A stretch of 64,000 bases of DNA from Elusimicrobia bacterium RIFCSPLOWO2_02_FULL_39_32 (lineage in GTDB: Bacteria; Elusimicrobiota; Elusimicrobia; 2-02-FULL-39-32): positions 31,844-95,843 of the forward strand of contig MGUU01000024.1 of NCBI GenBank assembly GCA_001800135.1. Reading direction: 5' to 3'. How positions within the stretch are numbered: the first letter of the stretch is position 1; every line of letters begins with the position of its first letter. This document shows positions 47,889 to 57,106 of this stretch, piece by piece. Under the pieces are notes generated by a model. That model had not been told where the DNA came from. It did no database searches and was given only the letters and a program-made list of their open reading frames with translations. A program made the position numbers and the translations under genes.

Positions 47889-50216
47889 ATGGCCGACACA
47901 GAAAAAATTCCTACGATTCTTCCTTTACTCCCCATTAGAGATGTGGTGGTTTATCCTCTTATGGTGCTTCCCCTTGCTGTGGGCAGGGAACGCTCGGTGC
48001 GGGCTTTAGAAGAGGCCATGGCCACGCATCGCTTTATTTTTTTAGTGACTCAAAAAAGAGTGCAGGTGGATGAGCCTCAAGATTTAGATCTTTATTCCAC
48101 AGGCACGGTTTGTGAAGTGCTGCAGTTGGCTAAAATGCCGGATGGGACTTTAAAAATTTTAGTGGAGGGGATTAAAAGAGCTCAAATTAAAGATTTTAAG
48201 TTTGTGCAGGAAAAAAATTACATGGCTGTTAAGCTGGAATGGCTGGAAGAGTTGTATGAAGAAAGTACGGAAATCGAAGCGCTTAAAAGACAAACCCTAT
48301 CGCTTTTTGAACAATATGTTAAATTGAATCGCAGGGTGCCGGCAGAGGTTGCGGGCTCTTTTCAATCTATTGAAGATCCTTCTCGTTTGTCTGACCTTGT
48401 GGCCAGTCATCTTTTTCTTAAAATCGCGGATAAACAAAAATTGCTTGAACTGACTTTAGTGCAATCCCGCTTGGAAAAAATTATTGAGTTCTTAAGCGCG
48501 GAGATTGAAATTTTAAATGTGGAAAAGAAAATCCAAGCCAGAGTAAGAACCCAAATAGAAAAAAGTCAGAAAGAGTATTATTTAAACGAACAAATGAAAG
48601 CGATTCAAAAAGAGCTGCGGCAGAAAGATGATTTTGCCAAAGAGGTGCAGGAGCTTTATGTAAAAATTAAAGAAGTTAAAATGAGCGAAGAGGCATTTCT
48701 TGTGGCGAAAAAAGAGTGCGAGCGGTTGGAAAAAATGATGCCCTACTCTCCGGAAGCAACGGTGGTGCGCAATTATTTAGATTGGCTGATTCAGCTCCCT
48801 TGGTCTAGCCGCACTAAAGATCAGCTGGATTTAGGAGCTAGCCAAAAAATTTTAGATGAGGAACATTTTGGTTTAGAAAAAGCAAAAGAAAGAATTTTAG
48901 AGTATCTGGCTGTTTTAAAACTTGTAAAAAAAATAAAAGGTCCAATTTTATGTTTTGTGGGTCCTCCGGGAGTTGGCAAAACATCTCTGGCAAAATCCAT
49001 TGCCCATGCCTTGGGCAGAAATTTTGTTCGGGTATCTTTAGGCGGGGTAAGGGATGAAGCTGAAATTAGAGGGCACAGGCGCACCTATATTGGTTCCTTG
49101 CCCGGACGGATCATGCAGTCTTTAAAAAAAGCAAAATCCAGAAATCCTGTTTTTCTTTTGGATGAAATTGACAAGATGGGCACAGATTGGAGAGGGGATC
49201 CTTCCTCAGCTTTGCTGGAGGTCTTAGATCCAGAACAAAATACAAATTTTGTGGACCATTATCTGGATGTTGGTTTTGATTTAAGCGACATCCTTTTTAT
49301 AACCACAGCCAATACCCTTTATAATATTCCAGTTTCATTGCAAGACCGTTTGGAAATAGTTCGTTTTCCGGGATATACGGATTTGGAAAAGATCGCGATT
49401 GCAAGAGGTTTTTTAATTCCTAAGCAACTTAAAGAACATGGCTTGGTAGAATCCTGTTTAGAAATAGAGGAACCTATTCTGCAAGAAGCGATTCGCAGTT
49501 ACACGCGAGAAGCCGGGGTGCGCAATTTAGAAAGGCAGATCGCTAAAATTTGCAGAAAAATAGCTATGGATGTGGCTAAAGAAGAAAAACAAAGCGTTTA
49601 TAAAATTAACTCTTCAAAACTTTCAGACTATTTAGGAATACCTGAATTTTATAAAGAGGTAAGAACTGAAAACCAAATTGGGGTTTCTACAGGACTTGCT
49701 TGGACCGAACATGGCGGGGAACTCCTTTCTATAGAAGTGAATGCCATGCCGGGAAAAGGAAAATTAATTTTAACAGGAAAGTTAGGTGAGGTGATGCGGG
49801 AGTCTGCTCAGGCTGCTCTTTCTTATGTGAAAGCATCTTCTAAAAATTTGAATATTCAAAATGGATATTTTAAGGAAACAGATTTTCATGTGCATGTGCC
49901 TGAAGGAGCGGTTCCTAAAGACGGCCCTTCTGCAGGGATCGCTATTGGCACAGCGATCGCTAGTCTTTGCTCAGGAAGAGCTGTAAATAAAGATTTAGCC
50001 ATGACCGGTGAAATTACTTTAAGAGGTCAGGTGCTTCCTATTGGGGGCTTTAAAGAAAAAGTGATTGCAGCGCACAGGGAAGGAATTAAAAAGGTGCTTT
50101 ATCCTGAAGGCAACAAAAAAGATTTACCTGAAATTCCTAAAGAAATTTTAATATCTCTGGAGTTAATCCCGGTCAAACATATGGATCAAGTCCTTCAGCA
50201 GGCGCTTACAATTTAG
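47889..50216 (+). CDS. lon: Lon protease
   Basis: [28 protein letters not shown]. Confidence 0.97.
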   Translation: MADTEKIPTILPLLPIRDVVVYPLMVLPLAVGRERSVRALEEAMATHRFIFLVTQKRVQVDEPQDLDLYSTGTVCEVLQLAKMPDGTLKILVEGIKRAQIKDFKFVQEKNYMAVKLEWLEELYEESTEIEALKRQTLSLFEQYVKLNRRVPAEVAGSFQSIEDPSRLSDLVASHLFLKIADKQKLLELTLVQSRLEKIIEFLSAEIEILNVEKKIQARVRTQIEKSQKEYYLNEQMKAIQKELRQKDDFAKEVQELYVKIKEVKMSEEAFLVAKKECERLEKMMPYSPEATVVRNYLDWLIQLPWSSRTKDQLDLGASQKILDEEHFGLEKAKERILEYLAVLKLVKKIKGPILCFVGPPGVGKTSLAKSIAHALGRNFVRVSLGGVRDEAEIRGHRRTYIGSLPGRIMQSLKKAKSRNPVFLLDEIDKMGTDWRGDPSSALLEVLDPEQNTNFVDHYLDVGFDLSDILFITTANTLYNIPVSLQDRLEIVRFPGYTDLEKIAIARGFLIPKQLKEHGLVESCLEIEEPILQEAIRSYTREAGVRNLERQIAKICRKIAMDVAKEEKQSVYKINSSKLSDYLGIPEFYKEVRTENQIGVSTGLAWTEHGGELLSIEVNAMPGKGKLILTGKLGEVMRESAQAALSYVKASSKNLNIQNGYFKETDFHVHVPEGAVPKDGPSAGIAIGTAIASLCSGRAVNKDLAMTGEITLRGQVLPIGGFKEKVIAAHREGIKKVLYPEGNKKDLPEIPKEILISLELIPVKHMDQVLQQALTI

Positions 50217-50362
50217 CTGCCTGATAAATTGGGAAAATAAAGAAAAGTTTTATTGATTGGGAAAAAAACAAAAAGTAGTAACGACAAGACCACCAAGGGC
50301 ATTAAGGATAAGCCTTAAAGGGTATCTATCATAAAGAACAGCTGTAAAAGAGGAGCAAGAAA

Positions 50363-51445
50363 ATGGATCGTCAGATTTTGTTAACCCCAGGACCCACACC
50401 TATTCCTCCAGAAACTCTAAAGATGGAATCTTTGCCCATCATCCATCACCGCACAAAAGAGTTTATGGATCTTTTTAATGAGCTGCATGAGAATTTGCAA
50501 TATTTATTTCAAACTAAAAATAAGGTTTATAGTTTAGCTTCTTCTGGAACAGGGGCAATGGAATGCGCAGTAGCCAATTTAGTTTCTCCCGGAGACAAAG
50601 TGATTGCTGTTGCCTGCGGCGTTTTTGGAGAACGTTGGATTAAGATTTTAACTGCTTTTAGCGCCAATGTCATTCCACTTCGTTCAGAATGGGGCGCGCA
50701 GGTAAAACCAGAGGAGCTGGAAAAAGTTTTAAAAGAAAATCCAGACGTAAAAACGGTTTTTTCTACTCATACAGATACTTCTACGGCTGTGCTTTGCGAC
50801 ATTAAAAAGTATGCGGAAATCACGGCTAAGACAAAAGCAATCATTGTGGTGGACTCTATTTCCGGTTTAGGGGGACAAGAGCTTTATATGGATGATTGGC
50901 ATTTGGATGCGGTGGTTTCTGCTTCTCAAAAAGGGTTAATGTCTGCGCCAGGTCTTGGTTTTATTTCTGTAAGTCCAAAAGCTTGGGGGTTAGTTCAAGA
51001 ATCTAAATCTCCCAGATTTTATTGGGATTTAAGAGCTTTTGAAAAAGTTTTTGCAACCGGCCAAACTCCTTTCACCCCTCCTGTTTCTCTTTTAAGAGCC
51101 ACAAACGAAAGTTTAAAGATGATTCGCAAAAAAACATTAAAAAATGTTTGGCAGGAGACTAAAGAGCTGGCACAATTTACCCGCGAGGTTGGCTCTTCCT
51201 TGGGGCTTAAAATGTTTCCTAAAGATCCTTGCGAAATTTTAACCTCATTTAAAGTTCCAGAAGGTTTAGACGGGCAAAAAATTGTAAAACAGATTGTGGA
51301 GAAATATAATATTTCTCTTGCTGGCGGGCAGGACAAACTTAAAGGAAAAGTGGTGCGCATAGCCCATATGGGATATATTCAAAAAGCGGATATCCAAAAA
51401 GGGATGAAGGCTTTAGCTGAAACCCTTTCCTCAGGAGTTTTTTAA
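50363..51445 (+). CDS. Class V aminotransferase (serine-pyruvate/phosphoserine aminotransferase-like)
   Basis: LLTPGPTP, SSGTGAME, SASQKGLM, RIAHMG; adjacent to serA. Confidence 0.85.
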   Translation: MDRQILLTPGPTPIPPETLKMESLPIIHHRTKEFMDLFNELHENLQYLFQTKNKVYSLASSGTGAMECAVANLVSPGDKVIAVACGVFGERWIKILTAFSANVIPLRSEWGAQVKPEELEKVLKENPDVKTVFSTHTDTSTAVLCDIKKYAEITAKTKAIIVVDSISGLGGQELYMDDWHLDAVVSASQKGLMSAPGLGFISVSPKAWGLVQESKSPRFYWDLRAFEKVFATGQTPFTPPVSLLRATNESLKMIRKKTLKNVWQETKELAQFTREVGSSLGLKMFPKDPCEILTSFKVPEGLDGQKIVKQIVEKYNISLAGGQDKLKGKVVRIAHMGYIQKADIQKGMKALAETLSSGVF

Positions 51446-51450
51446 ATACC

Positions 51451-53034
51451 ATGATAAAAATTATTGTAACTGACGGCATAGACAAAGAAGGGCTGGAATC
51501 TCTCGCCTCACACAATGGTTTTAAGCTTTATGTTACAGAAGATTCCAAAGAACTTCTAAAAGAGCTTCCAGACGCGGATGCTCTTTTAGTTCGCTCCAAA
51601 ACAAAAGTGAATCAGGAACTCATTTCTCAAGGGAAAAAGTTAAGGTTTGTGGGCCGCGCAGGCGTGGGAGTGGATAACATTGATGTGGAAACTGCCACAA
51701 AAAAAGGGATTGTAGTGGCTAATGTGCCTGGAGGAAATACTATTTCTGCCGCGGAACATACCTTTGCTTTGCTTTTAGCTTTGGCGCGTAATGTGCCTCA
51801 ATCTGACGCGAGCGTGCGCAAAGGGGTCTGGAAAAGAGAAAAATTTATTGGCTCTGAACTTTTAGGAAAATCTTTAGGGTTGCTTGGTTTTGGCAGAATT
51901 GGCAGGGAAGTTGCAAAAAGAGCGCTTGCTTTTGGCATGAAGGTTTTTGCTTATGATCCTTTTATTTCTGAGGCGAATATGAAAGCTTCTAGTGTTCAAG
52001 CAGGTTCTTTAGAGGCGCTTTTAAAAGAATGCGATTATATTTCTCTTCATCTTCCTATTACAGATGAAACCAAAAAAATTATAAATCAGAAAACCATTGC
52101 TCTTATGAAACCAGATGCAAGACTGATTAATTGCGCTCGCGGAGAACTGATTGATGAGACTAGCTTAATTAGCGCATTAGAACTTAAGAAAATTAAAGGA
52201 GCGGCTCTGGATGTTTTTACTAAAGAGCCTTTAGAAAACAGCCCTTTTTTTGGATTAGAAAACGTGATTTTAACCCCTCATTTAGGCGCTTCTACGGAAG
52301 AGGCGCAAATTAAAGTAGCCAAAGAATTGTCGGATTCAGTAAAAGAATTTTTTGAAAAAGGTTTAATTCGCAATGCGGTGAATGTTCCTTCCCTAGACAT
52401 AGAAAATTTAGAAAAAGTATCCCCGTACATCGCTTTAGCTGAAAATTTAGGAAAGTTTATTTTTCAAATTGCAAAGGGCGGGATCGAAGAGATTAAAATT
52501 ACTTTTAGCGGGGATTTTTCAAGCGCTGTGTCTCACCTTCTTGCCATTACAGTGGTTAGGGGAGTTCTTTCCAGCGCCATAGGAAAAGCTGAAGTGAATT
52601 GGGTCAATGCCCTGCCGATTGCTAAAGAAAGAGGGATTAGAGTAGAGGAGATTGCAGTTTCAGAAGTTGAAGATTACACGAATTTAATGACGGTTCAAGT
52701 TAAAACCGCTCTGCAAAAACGCTCTGTTTCCGGCAGTATCTTAACCAAAGGAATTCCTAGAATTGTGCGGATTGATGATCTTCCTGTAGATGTGATTCCA
52801 AGCGGCCACCTTTTAGTTTTAACTAATCTGGATAGGCCGGGCGTGGTTGGTTTTATTGGCACGCTTCTTGGACAAAACCAAATCAATATTGCGGAGTTCC
52901 AAGTAGGTAGAAGGTCTCAGGGCGGGGAAGCGGTCTCAATTCTTAATATTGATTCGCCGGTAAGCCAAGAGGTTATTAAAAAAATAGGCGAGTTTTCCGG
53001 AATTACCAGTGTTTGCGTTGTGAATTTAACATGA
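51451..53034 (+). CDS. serA: D-3-phosphoglycerate dehydrogenase (long form, ASB+ACT)
   Basis: GRAGVGVDNID, GFGRIG, NCARG, TPHLGAST, DRPGVVG. Confidence 0.95.
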   Translation: MIKIIVTDGIDKEGLESLASHNGFKLYVTEDSKELLKELPDADALLVRSKTKVNQELISQGKKLRFVGRAGVGVDNIDVETATKKGIVVANVPGGNTISAAEHTFALLLALARNVPQSDASVRKGVWKREKFIGSELLGKSLGLLGFGRIGREVAKRALAFGMKVFAYDPFISEANMKASSVQAGSLEALLKECDYISLHLPITDETKKIINQKTIALMKPDARLINCARGELIDETSLISALELKKIKGAALDVFTKEPLENSPFFGLENVILTPHLGASTEEAQIKVAKELSDSVKEFFEKGLIRNAVNVPSLDIENLEKVSPYIALAENLGKFIFQIAKGGIEEIKITFSGDFSSAVSHLLAITVVRGVLSSAIGKAEVNWVNALPIAKERGIRVEEIAVSEVEDYTNLMTVQVKTALQKRSVSGSILTKGIPRIVRIDDLPVDVIPSGHLLVLTNLDRPGVVGFIGTLLGQNQINIAEFQVGRRSQGGEAVSILNIDSPVSQEVIKKIGEFSGITSVCVVNLT

Positions 53035-53038
53035 ATAA

Positions 53039-53803
53039 ATGGAAACTTTACTTAAACTTTCAAATCTAACCAAAGAATACAAAAAATCCCATCTTTGGAA
53101 AACTAAAAGAACCATAGGCGTAAAAGATTTATCCCTGGAAATTTATAAGGGAGAAATCTTTGGGCTGCTTGGCCAAAATGGGGCTGGAAAAACAACCACA
53201 TTAAAATTAATCCTTGGTCTCCTTTTTCAAAATAAAGGAGAAATTTTTTTAGAAGGCAAAATATTGCCCAACCGTTCCGCAATCCAAAAAACAGGTTTTG
53301 TTCCGGAAGTGCCCTATTTCCCTCGCTATCTTACTGTAAAAGAAGTTTTAGAATTTTATGGACTTCTTTCCAATATCCCTAAATCTCAAATTATCCAGAG
53401 GACTGTGGAAGTGCTGAAATTAATGAGAATGTTTGAGCACAAAGATAAAAGAATTAGGGAGTGTTCCAAAGGCATGCTGCAGCGCCTTTCTTTGGCGCAA
53501 AGCTTAATTCATGACCCGGAACTTCTTATTTTAGACGAGCCTATTACAGGTCTCGATCCTTTAGGGTTAGCTGAGATGAGAGAACTTTTGCTGGATCTTA
53601 ACTCTAAAGGAAAAACCATTCTTTTTTCTTCTCATATTATAGCGGAAGTAGAAAAAATCGCTCATCGGGTTGGAATTTTGGTGGATGGCAAACTTGTTAA
53701 ACTATTAAACTCCAGTGAATGGAATCAAAATGGGGAGACTGGAAAATTAGAAAAGATTTATATAGATACTGTCAGAGAGTTTGGGGTCAGTAGTTTATTA
53801 TGA
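53039..53803 (+). CDS. ABC exporter ATP-binding protein
   Basis: GQNGAGKTT, SKGMLQR, LDEP..GLDP. Confidence 0.9.
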   Translation: METLLKLSNLTKEYKKSHLWKTKRTIGVKDLSLEIYKGEIFGLLGQNGAGKTTTLKLILGLLFQNKGEIFLEGKILPNRSAIQKTGFVPEVPYFPRYLTVKEVLEFYGLLSNIPKSQIIQRTVEVLKLMRMFEHKDKRIRECSKGMLQRLSLAQSLIHDPELLILDEPITGLDPLGLAEMRELLLDLNSKGKTILFSSHIIAEVEKIAHRVGILVDGKLVKLLNSSEWNQNGETGKLEKIYIDTVREFGVSSLL

Positions 53804-54573
53804 AATTTTTATCCATTGCCAAATACACTTTTATCAGCAATTTTAGAAATAAAATATTTCTGGTGCTTCTTATCTTTGGTTTTCTTCTTTTAGCCAGCTC
53901 CATTTTGCTTGGGCTTTTAAGCCAGGAACAGGAAGTGCGGATGCTAGTGGACTTAGGATTAACTTGCATAGAAAAGTTATCTTTATTAACCGCTGTATTT
54001 TTAATGGTAACCCTTGTTTTAGAAGAGATGGATTCTCGCACTATTTATTTAGTGCTCACTCGCTCTATTAGCAAAAAAGGGTATCTTTTTGGCAGGTTTT
54101 TAGGCACCATGAGTTCAGTTTTAGCTTGCGTTTTACTGATGGCGGCAGCTCATCTTTTTTTGATCCTTTTTAAAGGATGGAATTTAAAAGAGGAGGGGTT
54201 GCTTTACTTTTTATCGCTATTCATGTCTTTTGAAAAAGTGATTTTAATATCCTCTTTGGCTCTATTTTTTTCTTTATTTTCTTCTTCTGCTTTAGTCTCA
54301 ATAGCTTTTACCTTTTTTTTCTGGATTTTAGGGCACTTTGCCATGGAACTTAAGTTTTTAGCCACTTCGGTTTCAAGCGAATTTTCTAAATTAATTTTTA
54401 AAGGCTTTTATTTTTTAATCCCGCATTTTCAATATTTGAACGCCAGAGATCTCTGGCTTACTGTTTTAGATCGTCTGCCTATTTTTATTGTTTACGGAAC
54501 TCTCTATACCGCGCTTTACAGTAGTTTTGCTTTAACCCTTGCTATTTTAGTTTTCCGAAAAAAAGAGTTTTAA
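53800..54573 (+). CDS. ABC-2 type permease
   Basis: About six TM segments, EMDSRTIYLVLTR..GRFLG; ATGA overlap. Confidence 0.85.
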   Translation: MKFLSIAKYTFISNFRNKIFLVLLIFGFLLLASSILLGLLSQEQEVRMLVDLGLTCIEKLSLLTAVFLMVTLVLEEMDSRTIYLVLTRSISKKGYLFGRFLGTMSSVLACVLLMAAAHLFLILFKGWNLKEEGLLYFLSLFMSFEKVILISSLALFFSLFSSSALVSIAFTFFFWILGHFAMELKFLATSVSSEFSKLIFKGFYFLIPHFQYLNARDLWLTVLDRLPIFIVYGTLYTALYSSFALTLAILVFRKKEF

Positions 54574-54575
54574 GT

Positions 54576-55325
54576 GTGACAAAAGTTTTTTCCTTCTTTA
54601 TTCTTCCTTTTTTAATTTTTTTTATATCTTTTAAGATTCACTCTAATTTTATTTTTCCATTTCCTCCTTTTAACCAACTTATTTTTGATATTGGCAAAGA
54701 ATTTTCTGATCGTATTTCTTACGATCAGCCTCTGGGTTCTAAAGGAGGGTTTAGGGATTTTATTGGGCTTCTTTTTGGCGCGCGCCGTTTAACCGCAGAT
54801 ATCGCATGGTTAAGCGTTTTGCAGTATTACGGTTCTCATGAAAAAGATCAAGGAGGGGAGGAGTCCCATTCTCATGAGTTTGGAGGCGGAGAATATGATG
54901 CGTTAAAAAAAATGGTTTTACGCGTGGTGCGTTTAGACCCATCCCTTTATTACGCTACTCTTTATGGAGCTGGAGCTCTTGCTTTTAATTTAAATCGTCC
55001 CAATGAGGCGATGGAAATTTTAGAAGAAGGAATAAAACAAAATCCTTTTTATTGGCGGTTTCAGCTCTATGTAGGAGCGATTATTTATAAACAAAAAGGG
55101 CAGTTGGACAACATGGTTCACCTTTTAGAAAATGCGATTCGTTATCCGGATTGTCCTACCATGATTAAATCCATTTTGGCTAATATTTATAGAGAGAGAG
55201 GAAATGATAAAAGAGCTTTAGAAATTTGGCTGGATGTTTACGAGTCAGGCAAAGATCCTTGGTATGTAGAACAGGCAAAAAAACAAATTGAAGAGTTAAG
55301 GCAGAAACTTGGGTCTGGAGTTTAA
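54576..55325 (+). CDS. Membrane-anchored TPR-like protein
   Basis: N-terminal TM, ADIAWL.VLQY, LDP..Y, TPR-like helical pairs. Confidence 0.7.
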   Translation: MTKVFSFFILPFLIFFISFKIHSNFIFPFPPFNQLIFDIGKEFSDRISYDQPLGSKGGFRDFIGLLFGARRLTADIAWLSVLQYYGSHEKDQGGEESHSHEFGGGEYDALKKMVLRVVRLDPSLYYATLYGAGALAFNLNRPNEAMEILEEGIKQNPFYWRFQLYVGAIIYKQKGQLDNMVHLLENAIRYPDCPTMIKSILANIYRERGNDKRALEIWLDVYESGKDPWYVEQAKKQIEELRQKLGSGV

Positions 55326-55409
55326 ACTAGATTTCGCAATCCAATTGTTTATTCGGAGCTGAATTACAGTTATTGATTCCAATAATTTGATAGAATTCTA
55401 ATTGATTTT

Positions 55410-56522
55410 ATGAATTTTAATCAACTTATTTCTGCCATTGAAACGACTCATCACTCCATGCAAGGGCAAGCAGCACAAAGCGTTAATACAGCTTTAACGC
55501 TTCGGAATTGGCTGATTGGATATTACATTGTTGAATTTGAACAGAAAGGACAGGATCGAGCTATCTATGGGAAACAGCTTCTTAAACTCCTTGCGGACAA
55601 ACTACAAGCCAAAAAAATTAAAGGCATTTCCCAGACTAACTTAATTCTTTATCGTCAATTTTATGTTGTTTATCCTCAAATTTATCAGACAGTGTCCAAT
55701 AAATTGAGTGGTACAAAATCACTGTCCACGATCCCAAAAAACCAAGTCCAGATTTATCAGACAGTGTCTGATAAATTAAGTATTGTTCCGAACCTGCTTC
55801 TCAAACGCCTAACTTTTTCTCATTTTGTAGAATTAGTAAAAGTTGAATATCCGCTCAAGAGAACCTTTTATGAATCTCAATGTATTAAATCAAACTGGTC
55901 TGTTCGTGAACTTAAACGTCAGATTGGCAGCCTTCTTTTTGAGCGAACAGGAAAATCTAAAAATAAGAAGAGTTTTCTTAAAAAACTTCAAAAATTACCT
56001 TTAAGTCCGGAAGAAATCATAAAAAATCCTTACGTCTTTGAGTTTTTAAACTTAGAAGAAAAAAGTGAATACACCGAAAGTCTTTTGGAAACGGAACTGG
56101 TTGATCATCTGCAAAAATTCTTGCTCGAGCTGGGTAGAGGTTTTTGTTTTGAAGCGCGTCAGAAACGCATTACGGTTAATAACCAACATTATTATATTGA
56201 TTTAGTTTTCTACCACCGTATTTTAAAATGTCATGTGCTGATTGATTTAAAAGTTCGAGAGTTTGCCCACACCGATGCAGGTCAAATGAATTTTTATTTA
56301 AATTACATGAATGAAAACGAAATGGAGAAAAACGACAATCCTCCAGTAGGGATTATTCTTTGCACTCATGACAATAAAGCTGAAGTCAAATACGCTACTG
56401 CTGGCATAAATAACCGATTATTTGTTTCGCGCTATATGCTACAACTCCCAACCGAGAATGAACTGAAAGCATTTCTTCAAAAAGACATTCAGGTATTAAA
56501 CGAAGAAAACACTGGAAAATAG
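55410..56522 (+). CDS. YhcG/DUF1016 PD-(D/E)xK nuclease-domain protein
   Basis: RNWLIGYYIVE, WSVREL.RQI, KNPYVFEFL, FLLELGRGF, IDLVFYHR.LKC.VLIDLK, GQMNFYL. Confidence 0.92.
   Translation: MNFNQLISAIETTHHSMQGQAAQSVNTALTLRNWLIGYYIVEFEQKGQDRAIYGKQLLKLLADKLQAKKIKGISQTNLILYRQFYVVYPQIYQTVSNKLSGTKSLSTIPKNQVQIYQTVSDKLSIVPNLLLKRLTFSHFVELVKVEYPLKRTFYESQCIKSNWSVRELKRQIGSLLFERTGKSKNKKSFLKKLQKLPLSPEEIIKNPYVFEFLNLEEKSEYTESLLETELVDHLQKFLLELGRGFCFEARQKRITVNNQHYYIDLVFYHRILKCHVLIDLKVREFAHTDAGQMNFYLNYMNENEMEKNDNPPVGIILCTHDNKAEVKYATAGINNRLFVSRYMLQLPTENELKAFLQKDIQVLNEENTGK
55679..55776. repeat. Two palindromic ~25-bp repeats inside the YhcG coding sequence
   Basis: ATTTATCAGACA-G-TGTCTGATAAAT (55752-55776, perfect) and a 2-mismatch copy at 55679-55705. 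Confidence 0.85.
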
Positions 56523-56699
56523 TCTTGAAATTGTTTTAGAAAGAATCCTAGTTTGTTTATAGTTTTAGAGTTGGTCAGAATAGTTCCAATATTGTCCTGT
56601 TAGGGAACACCAATTTTTTTATGGATACTTCTATTTAGTTAGCAATAAGCTTACATTTTAGGATTGAGTAGTTATTAGTTACTTTAAAAGGAGAAGGAA

Positions 56700-56834
56700 A
56701 TGGCAAATGACAATTATTCATATAAAAAGAAACAAAAAGAATTGGCAAGAAAAAAAAGACAAGAAGAAAAGAAGCAAGACAAATTAAACAGAAAAAACTT
56801 ACAGGCTAAAACAGATTCTTTGCAAATTCAATAA
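56700..56834 (+). CDS. Small basic protein (44 aa), absent from ORF track
   Basis: AGGAG RBS; MANDNYSYKKKQKELARKKRQEEKKQDKLNRKNLQAKTDSLQIQ. Confidence 0.65.
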   Translation: MANDNYSYKKKQKELARKKRQEEKKQDKLNRKNLQAKTDSLQIQ

Positions 56835-56910
56835 GAAATTCATTTTAGAATAAAAAATTGCGTAAAGTGATAGTAATAAAATAGAACTAAAAATCAATAG
56901 GAGGCTAACT

Positions 56911-57063
56911 ATGCCATACCAAGATAACTTCGGTGGACCGCGGGAGATGCATAAAGCAATTTGCGCGGAGTGTAAGAAAGAATGCGATGTCCCTTTTAAG
57001 CCCAGCGGGAATCGTCCCGTATATTGCAAGGATTGTTACTCCAAGCGTAAAGGTTCTCGTTAA
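56911..57063 (+). CDS. CxxC-x17-CxxC zinc-ribbon protein (50 aa), absent from ORF track
   Basis: AGGAGG RBS; REMHKAICAECKKECDVPFKPSGNRPVYCKDCY. Confidence 0.9.
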   Translation: MPYQDNFGGPREMHKAICAECKKECDVPFKPSGNRPVYCKDCYSKRKGSR

Positions 57064-57065
57064 TA

Positions 57066-57088
57066 AGACCCCACTTTAAGTGGGGTCT
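57066..57088 (+). terminator. Hairpin after the CxxC gene
   Basis: AGACCCCACT-TTA-AGTGGGGTCT 10-bp stem; weak U-tract. Confidence 0.55.
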
Positions 57089-57106
57089 CTTAAAGAGTCA
57101 GTCCGC

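Noticed and set aside
43500-50216. Terminal -SA/-QA as ClpXP degrons linked to neighbouring clpPX-lon
   Set aside because: tig-clpP-clpX-lon is a widespread core operon; proximity alone is not evidence
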